A program made the translations under genes and the position numbers. Below, in pieces: positions 8,979-17,249 of a stretch of 20,000 bases of DNA (position 1 is its first letter; each line of letters begins with the position of its first letter). The stretch spans positions 59,023 through 79,022 of the forward strand of contig JACRCW010000153.1 in NCBI GenBank assembly GCA_016218805.1, in the 5' to 3' direction. A model generated the notes under the pieces. That model saw only the letters and a program-made list of their open reading frames with translations. It was not told the DNA's origin and searched no databases. The stretch is from Deltaproteobacteria bacterium. GTDB taxonomy: Bacteria > Myxococcota > JACRCW01.

Positions 8979-9589
8979 GGCGGCGTCACCACGATCTTCA
9001 CGCGCCCTTCCTTGTCCTTGGCCTTGGCAATGAGCTCGGTGTCCCCGGTGGCCTCTGCGCTGACGTTGCCCTGCTGGTCCACGTCCACCTCCACGGTGGT
9101 GCGCGTCCAGCGCACGTTCTCGTCGGCGAGCGGCTGCCCTTTGTCGTTCTTCACCGTCGCCTTGAACTGCATCTTCTTGTACAGCTTCATCTTGATGGGG
9201 CCGGGCGGGTCCACCGCCACGCTGCCCACAATGCGCACGGTGACCGGGATACTCGCCTTGAGGCCGTTGTAGGTGGCGTTGATGTTGGTCTTGCCGCTGC
9301 CGGTGGCCTCCACCAGGCCGCCGTCACTGACGCGCGCCACGGACTCGTCGTCGCTGGACCAGGCTGCCTGCACCCATTCCTGGAACACGTGCCGCTCGTC
9401 ACGCGTCTGCACCTTGAGCTGCGCGGTCTTGCCCTTCTTGTCCATGGTGAGCAGCTGCGCCGGATCAATGGCCAGCTCCGCGGGCGGGCGCGTGCACCCC
9501 ACGGCGGTGCAGGCCAGGACAAGGGCCGCGGCCAGCCGGCCCAAGCGGGTAAGAACGTCAGATGCGCTTGCGGTCAGTGCGTCCGTCAT
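8975..9589 (-). CDS. Lipoprotein with two bacterial Ig-like (Big_2) domains, 204 aa
   Basis: GGAGGAAGG RBS before ATG 9589; hydrophobic stretch ending in lipobox AVGC; WSSDDESVARVSDGGLVEATGSGKTNINAT and a second repeat W..TTVEVDVDQQGNVSAEATGDTELIA. Confidence 0.82.
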   Translation of the reverse strand: MTDALTASASDVLTRLGRLAAALVLACTAVGCTRPPAELAIDPAQLLTMDKKGKTAQLKVQTRDERHVFQEWVQAAWSSDDESVARVSDGGLVEATGSGKTNINATYNGLKASIPVTVRIVGSVAVDPPGPIKMKLYKKMQFKATVKNDKGQPLADENVRWTRTTVEVDVDQQGNVSAEATGDTELIAKAKDKEGRVKIVVTPP

Positions 9590-9741
9590 GGTGCCACCTT
9601 CCTCCACGCCGCTGGATGCGCGGTGACTACGCCCACCGCCCCTCCGCCACAAGCCCGCGAACCCCTGTCGCCACCGCGCCGCCGCCCGCCGCAGCACTTG
9701 CGGTCACCGTGGGCTTGCCGTCGTCGGCCAGGTTGGCAACG

Positions 9742-11940
9742 ATGCGTCCGATGCAGACGCGCGCGGCGGGTCCCTGGGCGGACGTGTTCGGTGGGCTGTC
9801 CGCCATGCTGGTGGCGGTGCCGTCGGCGGTGGCGTTTGGCCTGATGGTGCACGCGCCACTCGGTGGGGACCTCGTTGCGCAGGGCGCGCTGGTTGGAATG
9901 GTGGGGGCCGTGGTGCTGGGACTGGTGGCGCCGCTTGTGGGCGGGACGGCGCGCCTGATCACGGCACCGTGCGCCCCGGCAGCGGCGGTGCTGGCGGGGC
10001 TGACCACGCAACTGGTGTCCGCGCGGGAGGGGGGCGCGGCGCTGCCGCCGGAGAAGGTGCTGGCGCTGCTGGGCGTGCTGGGCCTCATTGCGGGACTCAT
10101 GCAGCTGGCGCTGGGGTTTGCCGGCGGCGGGCGCATCATCAAGTACATCCCGTATCCCGTCGTGGCGGGCTACCTGGCCGGCGTGGGGTTGACCATCTTT
10201 GCGGGCCAGCTGCCACGCGTGCTGGGTGCGCCGTCGGGCACGGGCTTCTTTGCCGCGTTTGTCGGCGTGGACCGCTGGGTGCCCACGTCACTGCTGGTGG
10301 GAACTGCGTCCATGCTGGTCATGGTGGGCGTGGCGCGCCTGATGCCGCGCGTGCCGGCACCGCTGGTGGCGCTTGTTGCCGGCGCGGGCCTGGACCTGCT
10401 GGTGCGCTGGGTATCCGGCGCACCGGCCCCGGCGGCTTCCACAGGAGGCGGCGAACTGTGGGGCCCGGCCGTGGACCGGTGGTCCCACGCTTCCACGTTG
10501 ACCGGCGCGGACCTGGGGCTGCTGTTTGTCCCCGCGCTCACGCTCGCCGCGCTGCTGTCCCTGGACACGCTCAAGACGTGCGTGGTGCTGGATGCGCTGA
10601 CCAACAGCCGCCACAACTCTGACAAGGAGCTGCGCGGCCAGGGCGCGGCCAACCTGTTGTCCGCCGCGCTGGGAGGCATGCCGGGGGCGGGCACCATGGG
10701 CGCCACGCTGGTGAACCTGCACGGCGGCGGGCAGACGCGGCGCTCGTCGCTGGTGGAGGGGGCGCTGTCCCTGCTGGCGCTGTTGGCGTTGCGTCCGGTG
10801 ATTGGCGCGCTGCCTTCAGCGGCGTTGGCGGGGATCATGGTGGTGGTGGGCGTGCGCATGGTGGACCGGGACATCTTCAACCTGGTGCGGCAGCGGACCA
10901 CGCGGCTGGACTTTGCGGTGGTCATGGCGGTGGCGGCCACTGCGGTGGGCGTGGGCCTGGTGTCCGCGGCGGGCGTGGGGCTGGCGCTGTGCATTTTGCT
11001 GTTTGTACGCGAGCAGATGTCCGGCAGCGTGGTGCGTCACCGCGGGGTGGGCGCGGAGGCGCGGTCCAAGCGGCGCCGCCTGCGCGCGGACATGGCGGTG
11101 CTGGAGAAGCACGGCGCCGAGCGCGTGGTCATTGAGCTGCAGGGCAACCTGTTCTTTGGCACCACCGACCAACTGCTCAGCGAGTTGGGCCCGTTGATGG
11201 GGCAATGCCGCTGGCTGGTGCTGGACTTCCGGCGCGTGCAGTCCATTGATTTCTCCGGGGCGCACCTGCTGGAGCAACTGGAGCACCGGCTGGGTGACAA
11301 GGACGGTGTCCTGGTCCTGGCCGAAATGCCCACGACGCTGCCCACCGGCACCGACGTCCGCCGCTACCTGGGCGACGTGGGCCTGGGGCGCGGGCATTCG
11401 CACGTGCGCATCATGTCCACGCTGGACAGCGCGCTGGAGTGGACGGAGGACCAACTGCTGGAGGCGCACGGCGTGGTGACCCACGGCCGTGAGCAGGCGC
11501 TGGCGGCGCACGAGATTGAGATGCTGCAGGGGTTTCCGCCCGAGGTGCTCTCCAAGCTGGTGCGCGTGATGCAGGAACGCACGGTCGCGGCGGGCGAGTT
11601 CGTGTTCCACCGCGGCGATAGCGGGGATTCGCTGTTCTTCATCCGGCGGGGCGCGGTGCGCATTGAGCTGGGGCTGGAGAACGGGCGGCGCATCCACCTG
11701 GCCACGTTTGGGCAGGGGGACTTCTTTGGGGACATGGCGTTCATTGACGCGGACGTGCGCTCCGCGGATGCCACCGCGGCCACGGAGACTGAGTTGTACG
11801 TGCTGTCACGCGGGCACATGGAAGAAGCCGCCGCCGCGGATCCACGCGTGGGGCAGGCGTTGTTTGACAGCCTGTCCCGCACGCTGGCGCACCGCCTGCG
11901 CATCACGGACCGGGAACTGATGGCGCTGCAGGGCGCGTGA
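9742..11940 (+). CDS. SulP/SLC26 anion transporter with STAS and cyclic-nucleotide-binding domains
   Basis: DVFGGL..VAVP.AVAF, IIKYIPYPVVAGY and NSDKELRGQGAAN motifs with many TM helices; STAS GNLFFGT/LVLDFRRVQSIDFSG; cNMP VFHRGDSGDSLFFIRRGAV...FFGDMAF...RSADA. Start is ATG 9742 or 9751. Confidence 0.93.
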   Translation: MRPMQTRAAGPWADVFGGLSAMLVAVPSAVAFGLMVHAPLGGDLVAQGALVGMVGAVVLGLVAPLVGGTARLITAPCAPAAAVLAGLTTQLVSAREGGAALPPEKVLALLGVLGLIAGLMQLALGFAGGGRIIKYIPYPVVAGYLAGVGLTIFAGQLPRVLGAPSGTGFFAAFVGVDRWVPTSLLVGTASMLVMVGVARLMPRVPAPLVALVAGAGLDLLVRWVSGAPAPAASTGGGELWGPAVDRWSHASTLTGADLGLLFVPALTLAALLSLDTLKTCVVLDALTNSRHNSDKELRGQGAANLLSAALGGMPGAGTMGATLVNLHGGGQTRRSSLVEGALSLLALLALRPVIGALPSAALAGIMVVVGVRMVDRDIFNLVRQRTTRLDFAVVMAVAATAVGVGLVSAAGVGLALCILLFVREQMSGSVVRHRGVGAEARSKRRRLRADMAVLEKHGAERVVIELQGNLFFGTTDQLLSELGPLMGQCRWLVLDFRRVQSIDFSGAHLLEQLEHRLGDKDGVLVLAEMPTTLPTGTDVRRYLGDVGLGRGHSHVRIMSTLDSALEWTEDQLLEAHGVVTHGREQALAAHEIEMLQGFPPEVLSKLVRVMQERTVAAGEFVFHRGDSGDSLFFIRRGAVRIELGLENGRRIHLATFGQGDFFGDMAFIDADVRSADATAATETELYVLSRGHMEEAAAADPRVGQALFDSLSRTLAHRLRITDRELMALQGA

Positions 11941-11989
11941 GTGGTTGGGACACTTGCGGCCGGGCCGCCGTGGCGCGATGAGACCCGCC

Positions 11990-13810
11990 ATGCGCTGCAC
12001 CGTGCTGTTTCCCCTCCTGCTTGCCGCCACCGCTGTCCGCGCCGACTTCATTGACCACCTGGCGACCGCCGCCGACGTTGGGAAGATGAAGGGCCCCCAC
12101 CGCGGCTCACCGCGCGTGCTGGTGATTCCACTCGTCGTTGACGACGAGCCGTTTGAATCCGGGCAGGGGAACGCAGCGGGCTTTGAGGCGGAGCTGCGCG
12201 CGTTCTACGGACCGCCCGGCGCGGGGTTCGGCTTTCAGCGCTATTTCGCCGCCGCGTCACTGGGGCGCTTCACGCCGGAGGTCAGTGTGGCCTCGCCGGT
12301 GCACATCCCCACCTGCCCGCAGCTGGGGCCGTACACAGGCTGCGCCATTCCCCGCAACGGCATCTCCGGCGGTGACATCCTGGGCAGCGTGCAACTGCTG
12401 CAGGACGTGCTGCGTTTTCTCGACGAGATCCTGGTGTGCGCGCAGGACGGCCCGGGGTCCGGGCGGTCTTGCACGGCGGGCGGCGGCGCGGACCTGGGCG
12501 AGGTGGACGTGGAGGGACCGGCGGGCGTCCCGGACGGCTGGGTGGACGGCGTGCTGCTGGTCAGCAATGCGCCGTTTGGCGGCATTGCGCTGCCGGTGCG
12601 CTGGCTGCGGGACAACCCGCTGCTGCAGTTCACCTACCCGCCATTGCCGGACTTCACCTACGGCAGCCAGCAGGTCGGCATTGTCGCCATTGCCGGGCGC
12701 AGCGGCGCACCGCGCCACGCCGCGTACGTGTCGGTGCATGAATACGGGCACGTGCTGGGCCTGGCGGATCTCTACAATGAGTCCGGGTCCACCACGGACA
12801 TGCCGTACAGCGTGATGGGAGACTGGGGTTATGACGTCGCGGCCAGCCTGCCGGACCCGTTCTCACGCGTGGTGCTGGGCTGGGCGCAGCTGCACCAGGT
12901 GACCGGCCCGGGGACGCTGGTCCTTCCGCCCGCGGCGGAGACGGGTAAGGTCTACAAACTCGGCACCGGGCGCGAGTTCTTCCTGCTGGAGTACCGCACC
13001 CGCGGCAACCTGACCGACGGGGACCTCACCGTGCCCGGTGGCGTCGTGGTGCAGCGGGTGCGGCTGGACCAGCTGCCCTCGCCCAATGAAGGCTCCTTCC
13101 TGGGCACGCTGGCCAACTGCGTCAACTGCAGCGCATGGGATCCCATGCTGCTGGTGGAGCAGGCGGACGGCCGGTATGACCTGCAGCAGTCCCTCCCGCG
13201 CGCCGACGCTGACGACCTCTACCGGGAGAACGACGCGCTGCTGCCCTCCACGGACACCCAGCCGCGGGGCGCCAGTCACATGGTGTCATCCACCAACCGG
13301 CTGGACGGGACGCCCACGGGGCTGTCACTTACGGTGGAGTCCATCACCGCGACGGAGGCGCGCGTGCGCGTGGATGCGCCCGCGGTGGCGGACGGCTGCG
13401 CGGAACTGGGCTGGTTGTGTCGTGAGAGCACATGCACCGCCGGCGCCTGCGGCACGCTCGCCGGGCCTCCGGATGCGGGCCACCCGGACGCGCACGTGGC
13501 GGACGCCGCCGTCCCGCAGGACGCATCCGTCCCGGTGGATGCGGGGTCCCCGCGCCCGGATGCCGCCGTCTCGCCTGACGCTGCGGCCGTCACACCTGAC
13601 GCGGCCACCACCCCTGACGCGGCCATCACACCCGACGCGGGCATTCCCGGCGCGGACGGCGGTGCGGCGGCTGACGCGGGCGCGGCACCTCCCGGCGAGG
13701 ACGGGCCGGGCTCCGGCTGCGCCTGCACGGCGGGGGATGCGGGTGCCGGCTCATTCCTGCTTGCCGCGGCGCTGGCCACGCTCACGCGCCGCCGACACGC
13801 GCGCGCCTGA
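11990..13810 (+). CDS. Secreted M6 (immune inhibitor A-like) zinc metalloprotease with MYXO-CTERM
   Basis: Signal peptide; RVLVIPL; HEYGHVLGLADLY (His codon 12737); Met-turn YSVMG; SRVVLGW, EFFLLEYR and VEQADG; Asp-Ala repeat stalk; tail GCAC-hydrophobic-RRR. Start is 11978 or 11990. Confidence 0.85.
   Translation: MRCTVLFPLLLAATAVRADFIDHLATAADVGKMKGPHRGSPRVLVIPLVVDDEPFESGQGNAAGFEAELRAFYGPPGAGFGFQRYFAAASLGRFTPEVSVASPVHIPTCPQLGPYTGCAIPRNGISGGDILGSVQLLQDVLRFLDEILVCAQDGPGSGRSCTAGGGADLGEVDVEGPAGVPDGWVDGVLLVSNAPFGGIALPVRWLRDNPLLQFTYPPLPDFTYGSQQVGIVAIAGRSGAPRHAAYVSVHEYGHVLGLADLYNESGSTTDMPYSVMGDWGYDVAASLPDPFSRVVLGWAQLHQVTGPGTLVLPPAAETGKVYKLGTGREFFLLEYRTRGNLTDGDLTVPGGVVVQRVRLDQLPSPNEGSFLGTLANCVNCSAWDPMLLVEQADGRYDLQQSLPRADADDLYRENDALLPSTDTQPRGASHMVSSTNRLDGTPTGLSLTVESITATEARVRVDAPAVADGCAELGWLCRESTCTAGACGTLAGPPDAGHPDAHVADAAVPQDASVPVDAGSPRPDAAVSPDAAAVTPDAATTPDAAITPDAGIPGADGGAAADAGAAPPGEDGPGSGCACTAGDAGAGSFLLAAALATLTRRRHARA
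13592..13645 (+). repeat. Three imperfect 18-bp tandem repeats encoding TPDA(A/G)x
   Basis: ACACCTGACGCGGCCACC / ACCCCTGACGCGGCCATC / ACACCCGACGCGGGCATT. Confidence 0.85.
13715..13810 (+). other. MYXO-CTERM-like sorting signal (protease)
   Basis: GCACTAGDAGAGSFLLAAALATLTRRRHARA: Cys motif, short hydrophobic helix, Arg cluster. Confidence 0.8.
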
Positions 13811-13858
13811 GCGCGTCCGCCCTTGCGGATGGCCGGTGCGTGCGCCACGGTCGGGCCC

Positions 13859-15535
13859 ATGCACCGTCTCGCCACTGCCCTCTTCTTGTGCGCCTCTGCC
13901 GCCCTGCAGGCCCAGCCCACCCAACTGCGCCTCAGTGTCACCGCCTCGGACCCGCGCCACGCCATGGGCGTTGCGTGGACCACGCCGGATGACGTGCCCA
14001 CGCGCGTGGAGCACCGCCTGGCGGGGTCTTCCGCCGCGCCCGTGCAGACCTCCGGCGGCGCGGCGCAGAACGTCACGGGCGTGGGCTTTGTGCACACGGC
14101 GGAACTCACCGGCCTGGCCACGGATACCGCGTATGACTACCGCGTGGGGGACGGCACCACCTGGAGCGGCTGGAAGACGTTCCGCACCGCGCCGGAGGCC
14201 TGTGCCGCCTGGTCCTTCATTGCCGTGGGTGATGACCGCGCGGACCCCATCCTCAATTCCGGCCGCGGCGTGAGCCCCAAGTGGGGCCCCATTGCCGAAG
14301 AGGCCGCCGCCACCACCCCGGCCCCCAAGCTGTTCATCAACAGCGGGGATCTCGTCTACGACGGCTCGGATAACGCGCAATGGGCGGACTGGCTCGCCTC
14401 GTCGGAAACGGTCACTTCCATCATCCCGCACATGCCGGTGCTGGGGAACCATGACGCCAAGGGCAGCGGGGTGGAATACACGTTCAATGACGTGTTCTTC
14501 CTCCCCCGCAATGACGAAACGCAGTCCGAGAACTACTACGCGTTCCGCTACGCCAACGCGCTGTTCATCGCCTTCACCACCGCCAGCGACGACGAGGGAA
14601 CCGCCAGTGACCCGCGGCCATTTGCCAGGCAGGGCGCGTGGATGCGGCGCGTGTTGGAGGCCAACCAGGACGCCACGTGGAAGTTTGTGTTCCTGCACCA
14701 CCCGTCGTTCACCTCGGGTGGCGCGCGCTTCATTGCGTGGGACCTGGGCCACCCGCCCAATGAGAAGGAGCAGAACGCCGTCCTGCTCCCGCTGCTGGAT
14801 GAGTTCCACGTGGACTTCGTCATCGCCGGGCACAACCACTGGTATGAGCGCTTTGAGGCTTTGCGGCAGGGCACCACGCTGGAGGAGGGCGCCCCCGCCG
14901 CCGGCCCGGATACCGGCACGCAGCACCTCATCACGGGCGGGGCGGGCGCGGTCACGTTGGACTTTGATATTGGCAGCTGGAACCCCATTGACCTCATCTG
15001 CGGCAACACGCATCCCGGCCAGGTCCAGTGCACCGGTGAGCACCACTACGTACGCTTTGAGATCCATGGCAACGCGCTCACCATGACAACCACGGCGACC
15101 GCCTGCCAGAACGACAACTGCAACCACCCCAGCACGCCGCTGGACACGCTGACCTATGTGAAAGGCGGCGCCGACGCGTGCGGCGGCTCCACCAGCGGGT
15201 CCTCCTCCTCCGGGCCGCCCTCCTCGTCCTCGCGCGCGGGTTCATCCTCCAACGCCGCGCCCGCCTCCTCGTCGTCCGCCGCGGTGGGCGGGTCGTCCTC
15301 GGCCACGGCCGCCACCAGCGCCGCCGCGCCGCCGTCCTCCACGGCATCCGCCTCAGGCGGGGTGACGGCGTCCTCGGGCAGTGGCGCGGTCCAGGCGTCC
15401 TCCGGGAGCGGTGCGGCCCCCGGCGACGAGACCCCGTCCTGCGGGTGCAGCACCGGGGATCGCGGCACGCCGGTGGCCGCCGCGGCGCTGCTGCTGGCAG
15501 CGGCCACCCTGGCCCGCACGCGCCGCCGGCGCTGA
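13859..15535 (+). CDS. Purple acid phosphatase-like metallophosphoesterase with N-terminal FN3-like domain, Ser-rich stalk and MYXO-CTERM
   Basis: Signal peptide; MGVAWTT...HTAELTGL..DTAYDYRVG...FRTAP (PAP N-domain); calcineurin-like motifs VGDDR, SGDLVY, LGNHD, FLHHP and AGHNHWYER. Confidence 0.9.
   Translation: MHRLATALFLCASAALQAQPTQLRLSVTASDPRHAMGVAWTTPDDVPTRVEHRLAGSSAAPVQTSGGAAQNVTGVGFVHTAELTGLATDTAYDYRVGDGTTWSGWKTFRTAPEACAAWSFIAVGDDRADPILNSGRGVSPKWGPIAEEAAATTPAPKLFINSGDLVYDGSDNAQWADWLASSETVTSIIPHMPVLGNHDAKGSGVEYTFNDVFFLPRNDETQSENYYAFRYANALFIAFTTASDDEGTASDPRPFARQGAWMRRVLEANQDATWKFVFLHHPSFTSGGARFIAWDLGHPPNEKEQNAVLLPLLDEFHVDFVIAGHNHWYERFEALRQGTTLEEGAPAAGPDTGTQHLITGGAGAVTLDFDIGSWNPIDLICGNTHPGQVQCTGEHHYVRFEIHGNALTMTTTATACQNDNCNHPSTPLDTLTYVKGGADACGGSTSGSSSSGPPSSSSRAGSSSNAAPASSSSAAVGGSSSATAATSAAAPPSSTASASGGVTASSGSGAVQASSGSGAAPGDETPSCGCSTGDRGTPVAAAALLLAAATLARTRRRR
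15437..15535 (+). other. MYXO-CTERM-like sorting signal (phosphatase)
   Basis: SCGCSTGDRGTPVAAAALLLAAATLARTRRRR. Confidence 0.8.
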
Positions 15536-15543
15536 AGCTCCCC

Positions 15544-15963
15544 TCACGCCTTCTGCGCGCGCGCCGCCCGCCACAGCACCAGCGTGATGACGCCCAGCGG
15601 CAGGTCGGTCAGGCCAATGACCAGGTAGGCGGAATGGCGGGCCGCCAGCACAAAGAACGCCAGGCCCAGCACCGTTGAAGTGAACTTGGACATGATCACC
15701 GGGATGCAGAAATCCAGGTGACCCACGGGGTCGCGGCGGACCAGTTCGCAGCAGACGCACAGCATCACCATCATGGACACGGCCAGCGCCAGCCAGAAAC
15801 GCTCCGTGGGGGCGGGCGTATCCATAAGCCCCAGCGGGCGGGTGGCCAGGTGGAAGACGTCAAACAGCCACGGCTGACCCAACAGGAACAGCAACCCACC
15901 CGCCACGTACAGCCCCAGCGACAGGGTCATGAACGCCCGTAGGCGCGCGTGTGCCGGTCCCAT
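15544..15963 (-). CDS. Small integral membrane protein (~4 TM, 139 aa), function unknown
   Basis: GGAGGT RBS 6 nt before ATG 15963; four hydrophobic segments. Confidence 0.75.
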   Translation of the reverse strand: MGPAHARLRAFMTLSLGLYVAGGLLFLLGQPWLFDVFHLATRPLGLMDTPAPTERFWLALAVSMMVMLCVCCELVRRDPVGHLDFCIPVIMSKFTSTVLGLAFFVLAARHSAYLVIGLTDLPLGVITLVLWRAARAQKA

Positions 15964-16067
15964 GCCTGCACCTCCGTGGCCGACCCTACGTGAGCCGCCC
16001 ACCCCGTGCACTCGCGGCCACGGTGACTACACTGCGCGCCGTCTCCCGCGGCCCGGAGGACGGCGGC

Positions 16068-17249
16068 ATGTTCCTTCCCATCGGTGACGAGCCCAACCCG
16101 CGCGGGGTGGCGTGGGTCAATTGGGCACTTATCATCGCCAACGTTGCGGTGTTTCTGCTGGTGTCGCTGCCGCTGTCCGGCTCCCCTGCGGACGCGGCGG
16201 ATCCGGCGCTGCGCGAATACCTGCATTGGCTGCGCACCGCGGGCGCCGGCCACGTGCCGCTCTCGCAGGTGAGCGCGTATGACGTGTTGGTCTTCCAGCA
16301 TGGCTTCCGGCCCGCGGCCCCCACGCTGCCGGACGCATTCACCTCCATGTTCCTGCACGGCGGCCTGTTGCACCTGGCCGGCAACATGCTGTTCCTGTGG
16401 ATCTACGGGGACAACGTGGAGGCGCGGCTGGGCCGCGTCACCTACCTGGTGGTCTACCTTCTGGCGGGGGTGGCCGGGAACCTGACCCACCTGCTGATTG
16501 CCGGCGCATCCGGCGCACCGCTGGTGGGTGCATCGGGCGCCATCAGCGGCGTGCTGGGTTTCTATTTCCTGGCGTTTCCGGAGAACCGCGTGCGCGTGCT
16601 GGTGGTGCTGTTCCCCGTCTACATGGACGTGTGGCGCATCCGGGCGCAGTGGGTCCTGGGGAGCTACTTCCTGCTGGACAACCTGCTGCCCATCGCCATG
16701 GGGATGCGTTCCACGGTGGCCTACGGGGCGCACCTGGGCGGGTTTTTGGCGGGCTGGCTCATTGCCCGCTGGCTGCGCGGCCGGGATGACGCGGTGCCCG
16801 CCCGGGCACGGCAGCACCTGCGCCCGCCGGACGGAGCGCACCTGCCGGTGGCGGCGGGCGCGGACGCGGTGTCCCACGCGCTGGCCCGCGGCGAACTGGC
16901 CCGCGCGGCACACCTGTACCTGGAGGCGTTCCCGCGCGGCTTCACGCGGGACGTAAGGCCGGCGGACGCACTGGTCATTGCCGACTGGCTGGCGGCGCGG
17001 GGCGAACCGCGCGCGGCGCTGGCGGTGTACGCACGCGTCCTGCGGGACGCCGGTTCCCACGACGTGGAATCCCGCGCGCACCTGGGCAGCGGGCTGGTGC
17101 TGCTGGATGCCATGTACCGCCCCACGGACGCCTGGCAGCACCTGGTGCGGGCGCGGAACCTGGCGGCGGATGCCGCGGTGGCCGGCGCGGCTGAACAGGC
17201 GCTGGCGCGCATTGCCCTGCTGCAGAAGCTGCAGTTCCGTGGCCGGTGA
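16068..17249 (+). CDS. Rhomboid intramembrane serine protease with C-terminal TPR-like helical domain
   Basis: GGAGGA RBS; FTSMFLHGGLLHLAGNMLFLWIYGDNVEARLG; catalytic GASG (Ser codon 16533) and AHLGG (His codon 16731); C-terminal helical repeats (ADWLAARGEPRAALAVY, AHLGSG..LL....DAWQHL). Confidence 0.92.
   Translation: MFLPIGDEPNPRGVAWVNWALIIANVAVFLLVSLPLSGSPADAADPALREYLHWLRTAGAGHVPLSQVSAYDVLVFQHGFRPAAPTLPDAFTSMFLHGGLLHLAGNMLFLWIYGDNVEARLGRVTYLVVYLLAGVAGNLTHLLIAGASGAPLVGASGAISGVLGFYFLAFPENRVRVLVVLFPVYMDVWRIRAQWVLGSYFLLDNLLPIAMGMRSTVAYGAHLGGFLAGWLIARWLRGRDDAVPARARQHLRPPDGAHLPVAAGADAVSHALARGELARAAHLYLEAFPRGFTRDVRPADALVIADWLAARGEPRAALAVYARVLRDAGSHDVESRAHLGSGLVLLDAMYRPTDAWQHLVRARNLAADAAVAGAAEQALARIALLQKLQFRGR

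Noticed and set aside
9562..9741. Extended N-termini in the ORF track (SulP; also 1151, 3698, 9697, 11945, 13823, 15951, 16011)
   Set aside because: Downstream starts fit the RBS, signal peptide or domain boundaries better, and several extensions overlap divergent genes.
13592..13645. Short tandem repeats as a possible CRISPR array
   Set aside because: In-frame coding repeats without unique spacers; no cas genes in the window.
13751..15127. 458-aa minus-strand ORF
   Set aside because: Antisense shadow of the phosphatase gene.
9621..16030. Identical 10-mer CGGTGACTAC in two divergent intergenic regions (9621 and 16021)
   Set aside because: A shared 10-mer is expected by chance at this GC content, and the flanks do not extend the match.
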